This document shows positions 8,268 to 20,250 of a stretch of DNA of 34,708 nt, one piece after another. Position 1 is the first letter of the stretch. Each line of letters begins with the position of its first letter. The translations under genes and the position numbers were made by a program. Below the pieces are notes generated by a model that was given only the letters and a program-made list of their open reading frames with translations, was not told where the DNA came from and did no database searches. The stretch is from NCBI GenBank assembly GCA_031551695.1, contig JAVBNG010000056.1:1-34708 (forward strand). Reading direction: 5' to 3'. Source of the stretch: Oscillospiraceae bacterium. Its GTDB lineage: Bacteria; Bacillota; Clostridia; Oscillospirales; Ruminococcaceae.

Positions 8268-8996
8268 TTATTGCAAGAGCTTGTTCTTGGCGGGCACCAC
8301 AGAGCAGAGGTTCTGTGCGCGGTCAATGTCCGAGACGATGACCTCTTCTCCCTCTTCAATGCGTTCCCGCCTGCAAATATCGGTGTCCATCTGCGCCCGG
8401 TAGGAAATCACCGCGCCCACGGCGTCCCGTGTTTCAATCAGGCCGGGGCTGTCCCGCGTGATGCGGAAGGTGACGCGGGCGTGCCGGAATTGCAGGTCGT
8501 TCTGCGCAAGGGCGTCTGCCTTGTTCCGCTTCATCGGCCACACCACAAACCGGTACAGCAATGCATAAGCCGCCACGGCCAGCGCCGCCCCCGCGATGAG
8601 CATGGCCGTCCTTGCCGCGCCGGTGAGGGTCTCCAGCGAAAAAATGCCGAAGGCACCCATCACGACGAAGGCCAGGCACAGGCTGTACAGGTTGAACCGC
8701 AGTGGGAAGCCGCCTCCGCCCGGCGGCGCCTCGGGTGCGTGCGCCACGTCCAGGTCCACACCGTCCGCCTCTATGGGAGGCCCGCCGGCGTCGAGGTCGA
8801 AGTCGGCGTCGAGGTCGGGCGCGTCGAAATCTACGCCGTCCAGCCCGCCGTCCACGGAAAGGTCCGTGTCCACGTCCAGCTCCGGGCCGGAATCTCCAAG
8901 GCCGCTGATGACGCTTGCCAGCAAATTCACCAGCGGAAGGCCCAGCCCCACGTAAATCATCACTTCAAACACAAATGCCAGCCTGCCAAAAAGCAT
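8268..8996 (-). CDS. NfeD-family membrane protein (YuaF-like flotillin partner) with an unusual Asp-rich acidic linker insert
   Basis: N-terminal TM helices and a C-terminal beta-rich soluble domain. It lies directly upstream of the flotillin gene in the same orientation, as in yuaF-floT. The ATG at 8996 has a GAAAGAAGG RBS. The GTG at 9014 is an alternative start. Confidence 0.6.
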   Translation of the reverse strand: MLFGRLAFVFEVMIYVGLGLPLVNLLASVISGLGDSGPELDVDTDLSVDGGLDGVDFDAPDLDADFDLDAGGPPIEADGVDLDVAHAPEAPPGGGGFPLRFNLYSLCLAFVVMGAFGIFSLETLTGAARTAMLIAGAALAVAAYALLYRFVVWPMKRNKADALAQNDLQFRHARVTFRITRDSPGLIETRDAVGAVISYRAQMDTDICRRERIEEGEEVIVSDIDRAQNLCSVVPAKNKLLQ

Positions 8997-9141
8997 GTAA
9001 ACCTTCTTTCCCACTTCTTTGGTGTGTTTAGAAATTTAAAAACGGGTATATTTAAAAAACCTGACGTCAAGGTTTGAACCGTCGGAGAGATGTCATATTT
9101 ATGGAAAAAATGTTCTGTTCAAGGGCCTGCGCCCGTTCCTG

Positions 9142-9684
9142 TCACTTCAGGATCGCCGCAATCCGTTCGTCCGCGTCGGCCTTCAGCCGAGTGGAAAGAT
9201 GCGCCAGCACCATGGCGTGCAGCACCTTCAGCAAACGGCGGAACAGCTCATCCTCCATCTGCATTTTTTTCAAAACATCCGAGATGATCGCTTCCAGATC
9301 GGTGTTGGCGCCCAGGGCGTCCTCCGGCAAAACAGCCAGTGTGCGGAGAAAGGCAAAGTAGATGGCGGACGCCGCGTCTTTGCGCAGGCCGCCGACATGC
9401 GCAATCAGCCGGCAGATATGCTCGATGAGGACGACAGGCTGCAGCATGTTGATGAGGACGATGGAGCAAAACTGCTCTTTATCGTATTTTTTGTTCACCG
9501 GCGGGGCCACAAACCCCCGCTTCACCCAGTTTTGCACCGTGTGGGCCGAAAGCCCCGTCAACTGCAACACCTGGGAAAGCACCAGTCCGTTGGCCACAAA
9601 CAGTGTCCCGATGAACTCCTCCGCGCCGTTTGTCCACTCCGTCTCTACCACAGTGCCCGGCAATATGCTTCCCGTATCGTCCAC
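9142..9684 (-). CDS. DUF1836-family protein with an N-terminal MerR-like HTH
   Basis: LSQVLQLTGLSAHTVQNWVKRGFVAPP matches the conserved HTH core of DUF1836 proteins. Length is 180 aa. Confidence 0.5.
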   Translation of the reverse strand: MDDTGSILPGTVVETEWTNGAEEFIGTLFVANGLVLSQVLQLTGLSAHTVQNWVKRGFVAPPVNKKYDKEQFCSIVLINMLQPVVLIEHICRLIAHVGGLRKDAASAIYFAFLRTLAVLPEDALGANTDLEAIISDVLKKMQMEDELFRRLLKVLHAMVLAHLSTRLKADADERIAAILK

Positions 9685-9767
9685 CTCCTGTCCCTGGTTG
9701 ATGAGGCAAGTATATCATACGGTCACGTGACTGTCAATGATAATCGTATAATCTTTTTTTGTAATTA

Positions 9768-10211
9768 TCAGACCGTGCGTTCCATTTGCGCGTCCAGCTT
9801 GGCAAGAATGGCCGCCAGCTGGGCTTTTTCCCCGGCGTCCAGCACGGTAAACAATTGCCGCGCATAGGCCGCCTTTGCCTTTTCCAGCGCCTCGGCCTGT
9901 TTTCGGCCCGCGGGGGTAAGGCGCAAATACACACCGCGCCTGTCGGCCTCGTTCGGCGTACGCTCCACCAGGCCTTTGGCCTCCAGCTTTGCCAGCAGCT
10001 CACTCAAAGAGGCCGGGCGAATGTCCATATCTTGCGCCAGCTCCTTTGGCGAGGCACCGTCGCAAACCAGCAGCCGCCGCATCAGCCGCCCCTGCCCGCG
10101 CAAAAACTCCGCGCCGCCCACACCGGCTTTCAGCGCGGTCACCTCGCGCCGCATTTTGCCCGCCGTGCTGCGAAACGCGGAAAACAATTCCTCGCCAGTT
10201 AGATTCTCCAC
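9768..10211 (-). CDS. MarR-family transcriptional repressor (GTG start)
   Basis: Winged-helix segment LAQDMDIRPASLSELLAKLEAKGLVER ... DRRGVYLRLTPAG. GGAGG RBS 9 nt before the GTG. Divergent from the ABC exporter. Confidence 0.8.
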   Translation of the reverse strand: MENLTGEELFSAFRSTAGKMRREVTALKAGVGGAEFLRGQGRLMRRLLVCDGASPKELAQDMDIRPASLSELLAKLEAKGLVERTPNEADRRGVYLRLTPAGRKQAEALEKAKAAYARQLFTVLDAGEKAQLAAILAKLDAQMERTV

Positions 10212-10296
10212 TTCTCCGCCTCCTTGTGTCTATTAAGTAACTAAGATATATGGCTGTTTCCAATATTAGAAAGAACCACGCCAAAAGTCAATCCAT

Positions 10297-10356
10297 TTAG
10301 GTGCCTAACTACTTGACAAGAGCATAATTAACACTATAATTTAGTTAGGAACCTAA
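10297..10356. promoter_or_regulatory. Promoter of the ABC exporter (TTGACA 10313-10318, 16-nt spacer, TATAAT 10335-10340) bracketed by two TTAGGnnCCTAA inverted-repeat boxes (10297-10308 and 10345-10356)
   Basis: Hexamers and pseudo-palindromes read directly. The AT-rich intergenic region lies between divergent marR and ABC genes. Confidence 0.45.
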
Positions 10357-10412
10357 TAAAATAAGACGTTAAGACTACCGCGCCTGCCCACGCGGGGATT
10401 GGAGAGAAAAAT

Positions 10413-12209
10413 ATGGCAAAACTGCGTTATTTAGAAGAAAACACACCACCTCCCAAAATTTCGGCGGCGTTTGTACGGCGCATTTTGGGGTACTTTGTTC
10501 CATATAAGGCACAGCTGGCCGGTGTGGTGGCGCTTGTTTTAGGCGCGGCGGCGCTGGGCCTTGTGCCCACGCTGCTGCTGCAAAACATTGTGGACGTAGC
10601 CCTGCCGCGGCAAAACATCCCGCTGCTGGGGGCACTGGTGGGGGCATCCGTGCTGGCCACGGTAGTGCTGAACCTGCTGAAGGTGGGGCAAGGGTATTTA
10701 AGCACCCTCGTCAGCAAAAAAATCACATTCCACATGAAAAACCAAATGTTTCGGCATTTGGCCTTTATGCCCTCCGCCTTTTTTGAAGCGGCAAAGCCCG
10801 GCGAAATCACCACCCGCATGAACAGCGATGTAGACGGCATCCAGGAGGTTTTCCGCACCACGGCGGTGAACGCGCTGAACGGCGTGCTCACTTTGTCGGC
10901 CACGTTGGTGGCGCTGTTTGCCATGAACTGGAAGTTGGCGCTGGTGGGCCTTGCCACGGTGCCGCTGTTCATTTTGCCCACCCGGCGCGTGGGGCGCGTG
11001 CGGTTCAAGATAACGGCGCAAAGCCAGTTCAAAATGGACGAACTGAACGGCCGCGTGCAGGAGGTGTTCACCTGCGGCGGCGCCACGCTGATGAAGCTTT
11101 GCACCACCGAGGAAGCCGAGTGCGCGGCCTTTGCCACTATAAACGGCGACGTAACGAAGCTGCAGCTGAAGGAAACGCTGGCCGGGCGGTGGTTCCGCAT
11201 GGCCATGGACGTGTTCACTACCATCGGCCCCCTGGCGGTGTATTTTGTGGGCGGGCTGCTGCTTACCCGGGGCGAAATGACCGTGGGCGGCATTTTGGCC
11301 TTTGCGTCCCTGCTGGGGCGCCTGTACGCGCCCGTGACGCAAATTTCCAACATCCACACAGATTTTATGCGTTCTTTTGCCCTGTTTTCCCGCATTTTTG
11401 ATTATCTTGACATGGAACAGTCCATCACGGACGCGCACAGCGCGCCGGAAACGGAAACGCGGGCCGGCGGCGGCGAAATCTGCTTTGACAATGTGGACTT
11501 TGCCTACGCGGACGGCAATCAGGTGCTTTCCGGCGTCAGCTTTACGGCGCGCCCGGGCGAAACGGTTGCGCTTGTCGGCCCATCCGGCGCGGGCAAAAGC
11601 ACCGTCACCGGCCTCATTCCCCGCCTGTACGACGTAAGTGGCGGCAAAATCACCGTGGACGGCACGGACGTGCGTGACATGAAGCTTGCCGCCCTGCGCG
11701 GGCAGGTGGGCTTCGTCTCCCAGGAGGCGTACCTGTTCAGCGGCACCGTGCGCGAAAACCTGCTGTACGGCAACGAAACGGCCACAGACGAGGAGATGGA
11801 AGCCGCCTGCAAAGCGGCCTATATCCACGATTTCATCCTGGCCCTGCCAAAGGGATACGACACAAACGTGGGCAACCGCGGGGTCAAGCTTTCCGGCGGC
11901 GAAAAACAGCGCGTCGCCATCGCCCGCGTCATTTTGCAAAACCCGCGCATCCTGCTGCTGGACGAAGCCACCTCCGCGCTGGACTCCCTCAGCGAGCACG
12001 CCATACAGCGCGCGCTGGAAAATCTTTTGCAAAACCGCACCGCCATCGTCATCGCCCACCGCCTGTCTACCATTGTGAACGCGGACCAGATTTTGGTGAT
12101 GGAAAACGGCGCCATCGCCCAGCGCGGCACCCACGCCGGCCTGCTGGCCGCCGGCGGCCTATACCGCCGGCTGTACGAGACCCAGTACCGCCAGGGTGCA
12201 GCCGCATAA
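10413..12209 (+). CDS. Fused ABC exporter (6-TM permease domain + ATP-binding domain), multidrug/lipid exporter type
   Basis: Walker A GPSGAGKST. Signature LSGGEKQRVAIAR. Walker B ILLLDEATSALD. H-loop IAHRLST. N-terminal 6-TM ABC_membrane region. GGAGAG RBS. Confidence 0.9.
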   Translation: MAKLRYLEENTPPPKISAAFVRRILGYFVPYKAQLAGVVALVLGAAALGLVPTLLLQNIVDVALPRQNIPLLGALVGASVLATVVLNLLKVGQGYLSTLVSKKITFHMKNQMFRHLAFMPSAFFEAAKPGEITTRMNSDVDGIQEVFRTTAVNALNGVLTLSATLVALFAMNWKLALVGLATVPLFILPTRRVGRVRFKITAQSQFKMDELNGRVQEVFTCGGATLMKLCTTEEAECAAFATINGDVTKLQLKETLAGRWFRMAMDVFTTIGPLAVYFVGGLLLTRGEMTVGGILAFASLLGRLYAPVTQISNIHTDFMRSFALFSRIFDYLDMEQSITDAHSAPETETRAGGGEICFDNVDFAYADGNQVLSGVSFTARPGETVALVGPSGAGKSTVTGLIPRLYDVSGGKITVDGTDVRDMKLAALRGQVGFVSQEAYLFSGTVRENLLYGNETATDEEMEAACKAAYIHDFILALPKGYDTNVGNRGVKLSGGEKQRVAIARVILQNPRILLLDEATSALDSLSEHAIQRALENLLQNRTAIVIAHRLSTIVNADQILVMENGAIAQRGTHAGLLAAGGLYRRLYETQYRQGAAA

Positions 12210-12216
12210 AAAAACG

Positions 12217-12258
12217 CCGGGGCCTGTTATCGAACAGGTTCCCGGCGCTTTTATTTCA
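12217..12258. terminator. Bidirectional Rho-independent terminator between the convergent ABC exporter and the large hybrid kinase
   Basis: cgccggggcctgtt ... aacaggttcccggcg stem followed by CTTTTATTT. Preceded by an A7 run. Confidence 0.55.
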
Positions 12259-12293
12259 TACACAACCGCAATTCAAGATGTTTTTTGGGATGG

Positions 12294-15296
<3,003 letters not shown>

Positions 15297-15341
15297 CCTC
15301 ACTCCTTGAACATGCCCGGTAAATATCGTGCATCCACAGAT

Positions 15342-15352
15342 ATTATAGCATC
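15342..15352 (-). promoter_or_regulatory. Extended -10 promoter element (TGcTATAAT) for the large hybrid kinase
   Basis: Read on the minus strand about 45 nt upstream of the RBS. No good -35. Confidence 0.35.
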
Positions 15353-15435
15353 TTCCCCGCAGAAATCTAGATGGAACGGCGATTTTCCCAAAACTTACAC
15401 CAATCGGCCCATTTTACACAGCCCTTCGGCGCCGA

Positions 15436-15480
15436 AATAAAGCGCGGGCCACCTTGTTGGTGCAGCCCGCGCTTTTCATT
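15436..15480. terminator. Bidirectional terminator at the 3' end of the ABC uptake operon
   Basis: gcgcgggc ... gcccgcgc stem with an A-run before and a TTTTC run after. It lies 30 nt beyond the BMP lipoprotein stop. Confidence 0.55.
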
Positions 15481-15506
15481 GTTTTGCGCACATTGTGCGG
15501 TTTTGT

Positions 15507-16574
15507 TTACAGCGGACTTTTGATTTTGCCGTCGATGATATCCTGCTGAATCTGGTTCACCTGGGCAATGATCTCCGGATCCAATTTGTCCTCCCAGTCA
15601 TACCAGGGGGCAAGGCCCTCGGCGCCGTCGGAAATGCCGGAAACGTTGGTCTCATATTTCAGCGTGCCGTTCAGGGAGTTTTCCACCACCACCTGCACCA
15701 GCATCTGGTTGCTTTGCAGGCAGCTGTTCACCACCACGTCCGGGGCCACTTCATACTGGTCGTCCACAAAGCCGATGTGGTAAGTGCCGCGCTCTTTGGC
15801 CGCTTCAATGGCGCCCAGGCCAACGGCGTTGGCGTCACAAGTCACAACGTCGGCGCCGTCGTCGATCATGGCGAGGGCCGTCTCTTTGCCCTTGGCAACG
15901 TCGTCCCAGGTGTTCACGTAGGTAATGGTCACTTCGGCATCCGGGTTCACGGCCTCGGCGCCCGCCTTAAAGCCCAGCATTGCGTTGGAGATGGCCGTGG
16001 TATCCTGTGCGCCGATGGCGCCGATCTTGTTGCTCTGTGAAATGAGGCCGGCCACTGCGCCGCCCACATAGCCCGCTTCCCAGCCAGTGAAGCTATAGGA
16101 CGCAAGATTGGTTCCGTTGGAGTTCGAGCCGTTCAGCACAACAAAGTCGACATCGGGGAACTCTACGCACACTTTTTCGGCGGCGTCACCAAACTGGTAG
16201 CCATGGCCGATAATAAGGTCATATCCGTCGGAAGCATAATCCCAGAACACGCCTTCCATGTCGGACTGGGCCACGTTCTCCTGGTAGGCCCCTTCAATGC
16301 CGTAGTCCTTCTCCGCCGTCATCAAGCCCTCGTAGGCCGTTGCGTTCCAGCCTTTGTCGTTGATGGAGCCCGGCAGCAACAGGGCCACCTTCAGGGCGGC
16401 GGCATCGGTGTCCGCTTCGGTGTCCGCCGCCGAAGCCGCAGTGCTCTCGGCAGTTTCAGCCGGGGCGGCGCTCTCTTCTGCCGGGGCGCTGCTGGACGAT
16501 TGGCTGCCGCCGCAAGCAGCCAGCAAAAGCATGGCGGCCAAAACAAGTGCAAGCAGTGTCTTTTTCATGTTCAA
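15507..16574 (-). CDS. BMP-family (PnrA/Med/TmpC-like) ABC transporter substrate-binding lipoprotein
   Basis: Lipoprotein signal MNMKKTLLALVLAAMLLLAAC. BMP core INDKGWNATAYEGL ... YDLIIGHGYQFGDAA. Ser/Ala-rich linker after the lipobox. Confidence 0.85.
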   Translation of the reverse strand: MNMKKTLLALVLAAMLLLAACGGSQSSSSAPAEESAAPAETAESTAASAADTEADTDAAALKVALLLPGSINDKGWNATAYEGLMTAEKDYGIEGAYQENVAQSDMEGVFWDYASDGYDLIIGHGYQFGDAAEKVCVEFPDVDFVVLNGSNSNGTNLASYSFTGWEAGYVGGAVAGLISQSNKIGAIGAQDTTAISNAMLGFKAGAEAVNPDAEVTITYVNTWDDVAKGKETALAMIDDGADVVTCDANAVGLGAIEAAKERGTYHIGFVDDQYEVAPDVVVNSCLQSNQMLVQVVVENSLNGTLKYETNVSGISDGAEGLAPWYDWEDKLDPEIIAQVNQIQQDIIDGKIKSPL

Positions 16575-16647
16575 TTCTCCTTCTCATCTCAATGTGTATA
16601 TCCTCACCGGGCAAACGCCGGTAAAAACCATAGCAAACGCAAGCTGG

Positions 16648-18162
16648 TCATTGCGCCGCGGAACGGGCGCCCGCCATCATCAGGCCGATTGTTTCACGCG
16701 AAGCGCCCGCTGCGTCCATAATGCCCATCACTTCACCTTCATACATCACCAAAATACGGTCGGAAAGTTCCATAATCTCGTCCAGCTCCGTGGACACCAG
16801 CAAAACCGCACAGCCCTTGTCCCGCTCGCCCACAATGCGGCTCTGGATATATTTGGTGGCGCCGATGTCAAGGCCCCGGTCCGGGTGCATGGCAATGAGC
16901 AATCGCGGCTGCCGCTCCAGTTCACGCCCCACCACAAACTTTTGCTGGTTGCCGCCGGAAAGCTTGCCCGCCATTTCTTCCACAGAAGGGGTTTTGACGC
17001 TGTACTCTTTACAGATACCGTCGGCATATTCGGCGGCCCATTTCCAGTCGATAAAGCCATGGTGGGAACAGGGCGCCTTGTAATAGTTCATCATAATCAG
17101 GTTCTCTTTCACGGACATTTCGCCAGACATCCCCAACAAATGCCGGTCCTCCGGAATGTGGGAAACCCCTTCTTCCAAAATGGCCCGGGGAGAAAGGCAG
17201 GTGGTGTTTTGCCCGCCGATGAAAACCGTGCCCGCCGTGGCGGGGCGCAGGCCTGCCAGGCATTCCACCAGCTCGCTTTGGCCGTTGCCGTCTACGCCCG
17301 CAACGCCCAAAATTTCACCTTCGCGAATAGAAAAGCTCACCTGTTTCAGGGCCTCCAGTTTTTTGTTGTTCAGCGCACAAAGGTTCTCCACCTCCACCAC
17401 CGTTGCGCCCGCTTTGGCAGGCTCCTTCACCGTCGCCAGTTCTACGTCCCGGCCCACCATCAGCCGGGCCAGCTCGTGCGTGTCCCGCACATCGCAGGTT
17501 TGCACCGTGGCCGCCAGGCGGCCCTGGCGCAGCACGGTGCACCGCACACAGATCTCCATTACCTCGGCCAGCTTGTGGGTGATGAAAATGACTGTGTGGC
17601 CGTCACCGGTCAACTGGCGCACCATAGCGAACAAATCGCCCACTTCCTGCGGGGTCAGCACGGCGGTGGGTTCGTCCAAAATCAGCAGCTCGGCCCCGCG
17701 ATACAGTGATTTGATGATCTCCAGCCGCTGCTGCTCGCCCACGGACAGCTGCCACACCTTGGCATAGGGGTCGATGGCCATGTTGTAGCGCGCGGCAATG
17801 GCCTGCACTTCTTTGGCGGCATCGTCCAGGTTCAGCCGCACCTTGCTTTTGTGCATGCCCAGCACCACGTTCTCTATCACCGTAAGGGCGGGGATGAGCA
17901 TGAAATGCTGGTGCACCATGCCAATGCCAAGGGCAATGGCCTCCTTGGGGTCACGGATGTCCACCGGCTTGTCCCGCAAAAAAATTTCGCCGCTGTCTTG
18001 CCGGTACAGGCCGTACAGGATATTCATCAAGGTGCTTTTGCCCGCCCCGTTTTCGCCCAGCAGCGCGTGCACCTCGCCCTTTTCCACAGAAAGGCTCACG
18101 TCGTCGTTTGCCACCACGCCGGGGAAGATTTTTGTGATATTGCGCATTTCCAGAAAAGCCAT
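16648..18162 (-). CDS. ABC transporter ATP-binding protein with two fused nucleotide-binding domains (CUT2 / nucleoside-sugar type)
   Basis: Walker A GENGAGKSTLM in NBD1. A second degenerate NBD follows. 504 aa. Confidence 0.9.
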   Translation of the reverse strand: MAFLEMRNITKIFPGVVANDDVSLSVEKGEVHALLGENGAGKSTLMNILYGLYRQDSGEIFLRDKPVDIRDPKEAIALGIGMVHQHFMLIPALTVIENVVLGMHKSKVRLNLDDAAKEVQAIAARYNMAIDPYAKVWQLSVGEQQRLEIIKSLYRGAELLILDEPTAVLTPQEVGDLFAMVRQLTGDGHTVIFITHKLAEVMEICVRCTVLRQGRLAATVQTCDVRDTHELARLMVGRDVELATVKEPAKAGATVVEVENLCALNNKKLEALKQVSFSIREGEILGVAGVDGNGQSELVECLAGLRPATAGTVFIGGQNTTCLSPRAILEEGVSHIPEDRHLLGMSGEMSVKENLIMMNYYKAPCSHHGFIDWKWAAEYADGICKEYSVKTPSVEEMAGKLSGGNQQKFVVGRELERQPRLLIAMHPDRGLDIGATKYIQSRIVGERDKGCAVLLVSTELDEIMELSDRILVMYEGEVMGIMDAAGASRETIGLMMAGARSAAQ

Positions 18163-18174
18163 CCCGCCGCCCCC

Positions 18175-19095
18175 CTAGTTCTTTTTGTAAGCCCGGCCGG
18201 ACGCCGCCGGCACCTGGCTTTTACCCACAAACCCGCACAGAGCAAGGATGGTGAGCACATAAGGAACCATCAGCAGGAACTGGAACGGGATCTCGGTTCC
18301 GGCAGCCTGCAGGCGGTACATCACTGCCTCGCCCGCGCCAAACACCAGCGAAGCGCCCAAAACACCCACGGGGTTGTAGTTGCCGAACACCACGGCGGCC
18401 ACAGCCATAAAACCCCGGCCAGAGACCATGTTCTCTGTGAAAAAGCTGAGGGACCCCATGGAGACGAAAGCCCCTGCGAAACCCGCCATCAGCCCGCCAA
18501 ACAGCACGGTGCCGTATCGTATTTTGTACACGTTGATGCCCACGGTCTCGCAGGCGCGGGGGTGCTCGCCCACGGCGCGGATGTCGAGGCCGAGGTTTGT
18601 TTTGTACATCACCCACCATGCCATCGGCACCAGCAGCAGCGTCAGGTATACCGGCGCCGTCTGGCTGAACACCGCCTGCCCCAGCACCGGTATTTTGGAA
18701 AGCAACGGAATCGCCACCGGGCCAAACGCGTCGATTTGCGGCGGGGCAGTGTCCAGGCCGAAAAGCACCCTGTCCAGCATGGAGGTGAACCCAAGCCCCA
18801 GCATATTGATGGCAGTGCCGACGACGGTTTGGTCCGCCCCCACGGTGATGGTGAAATAGGCGAACAGCAACGAAACCGCCATGGCGCTTACCATGGCCGC
18901 CAAGGCGCCCAGCCATACGCTGCCTGTGTAGTACGAGCCCACAACGCCCATCAGCGCGCCCACCAGCATCATGCCCTCGGCGCCGATATTGACGACGCCC
19001 GCCTTCGCGCCGAACACAAGGCCCAAGGCGCAAATGAGGATGGGAACGGCGGTGCGAACATCCGTGGCAAGGAAATTGGTGATACCCTGCAACAT
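18175..19095 (-). CDS. ABC transporter permease (BPD_transp_2 / RbsC-NupC-like)
   Basis: Multi-TM hydrophobic protein. The ATG at 19095 lies 1 nt after the upstream permease stop (TGA-T-ATG). The first 119 codons of the ORF-track entry 18175..19452 overlap the upstream gene out of frame and are not coding. Confidence 0.75.
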   Translation of the reverse strand: MLQGITNFLATDVRTAVPILICALGLVFGAKAGVVNIGAEGMMLVGALMGVVGSYYTGSVWLGALAAMVSAMAVSLLFAYFTITVGADQTVVGTAINMLGLGFTSMLDRVLFGLDTAPPQIDAFGPVAIPLLSKIPVLGQAVFSQTAPVYLTLLLVPMAWWVMYKTNLGLDIRAVGEHPRACETVGINVYKIRYGTVLFGGLMAGFAGAFVSMGSLSFFTENMVSGRGFMAVAAVVFGNYNPVGVLGASLVFGAGEAVMYRLQAAGTEIPFQFLLMVPYVLTILALCGFVGKSQVPAASGRAYKKN

Positions 19096-19096
19096 A

Positions 19097-20233
19097 TCAC
19101 GCACCGCCTTTCCGGGCCGCAGAAAGCTTTGCGCGCGGCTTATTTTTAAAAACGTCGAACAAGTCACGTCCCACAACGAACAGGATGACAAAGGCCTGGA
19201 CGATCTGGATGACCGCGGAGGGCACCCCGGCGGACATTTGCATTTTGTTGCTGCCGCTGCGCAAAATGCCGAACAACAGGCTTGCCAGCACGATGCCAAG
19301 CGGCTTGTTGTTGCCCAAAAGGGCCACGGCAATGCCATCAAAGCCGTAGTTTGGGGAAAAACCGGGGAACAGGCGGTATTGGATGCCCAAAATCTCGCTG
19401 GTGCCGGCAAGGCCCCCAAAGCACCCCGCCAAAAACATGGCCAGCAGCGCACTACGTGCCACCTTGATGCCGCAATAGCGCGCGGCTTTGGGGTTCAGGC
19501 CCACCAGCCGCATCTCATACCCCTTGGTAGTGCGCCACATAAATATGTAATAAAACACAACACACAGCGCCGCCAGAAGAACGCCCGCGTGCAGCCGTGT
19601 GCCCTGCCAGATACGCGGCAGGATGGCGCTGTCCGCTATCAGGGAAGACTGTGCGTTGTCGCTGGCAGCGTCCTTCATCGGCCCGGTGGAAAAATAGCTG
19701 ATGAGCTGGATTGCAATATAGTTCAGCATGATGCCGGTGATCATCTCGCTGGCGCCGAAGCGGTTTTTCAGCCAGCCGGCCAGCATTCCCCACAGGCCAC
19801 CGCCCAGCGCCCCCGCCAGAATGACCAGCGGCAAATGGATGATTGCCGGAAACCCGCTAAAATACACGCCCGCAACGGTGGCAAACAACCCGCCCAAATA
19901 CACCTGGCCTTCGCCGCCAAGGTTGATAAGCCCGCACTGTTTCGCCACCGCGAAGGAAAGCCCCGTGAACAACAGAGGCACCGCCTTGATCAGTGTTTCG
20001 CCGATATTCTTTTTGCTGCCGAGGGAACCTTCGATCAAATTGACGCAGGCAAGGCGCCAATCGAAGCCCATGGCCGCAATGATGACCGCGCCCAGCGCCA
20101 GGGATGCGGCACAAGCCACGACGGGGAAAACGGCGGCGCGCGAGCCTTCGCGCAGCTTTTCCCCTATGGTTTTCGATTGCAAGAAACCCCTCCTCCACTG
20201 GTTGAGCCAAAGTGCCTTTATCCGGCAGTGCAA
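19097..20233 (-). CDS. ABC transporter permease (BPD_transp_2 family)
   Basis: N-terminal TM AAVFPVVACAASLALGAVIIAAMGF and further hydrophobic helices. The start is TTG at 20233, or slightly downstream (uncertain). Confidence 0.75.
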   Translation of the reverse strand: MHCRIKALWLNQWRRGFLQSKTIGEKLREGSRAAVFPVVACAASLALGAVIIAAMGFDWRLACVNLIEGSLGSKKNIGETLIKAVPLLFTGLSFAVAKQCGLINLGGEGQVYLGGLFATVAGVYFSGFPAIIHLPLVILAGALGGGLWGMLAGWLKNRFGASEMITGIMLNYIAIQLISYFSTGPMKDAASDNAQSSLIADSAILPRIWQGTRLHAGVLLAALCVVFYYIFMWRTTKGYEMRLVGLNPKAARYCGIKVARSALLAMFLAGCFGGLAGTSEILGIQYRLFPGFSPNYGFDGIAVALLGNNKPLGIVLASLLFGILRSGSNKMQMSAGVPSAVIQIVQAFVILFVVGRDLFDVFKNKPRAKLSAARKGGA

Positions 20234-20250
20234 AACCTGTTTGAATGAGC

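Noticed and set aside
16354-17709. 451-aa + strand ORF; similarly 18971..20248 and 17851..19149
   Set aside because: They are antisense to the ABC ATPase and permease genes. No motifs or RBS. Reverse-strand artefacts.
19096-19452. N-terminal 119 codons of ORF 18175..19452
   Set aside because: They overlap the 3' end of the upstream permease gene out of frame, and the translation is Cys/Trp/Ala-rich noise. An ATG at 19095, 1 nt after the upstream TGA, begins the hydrophobic permease sequence.
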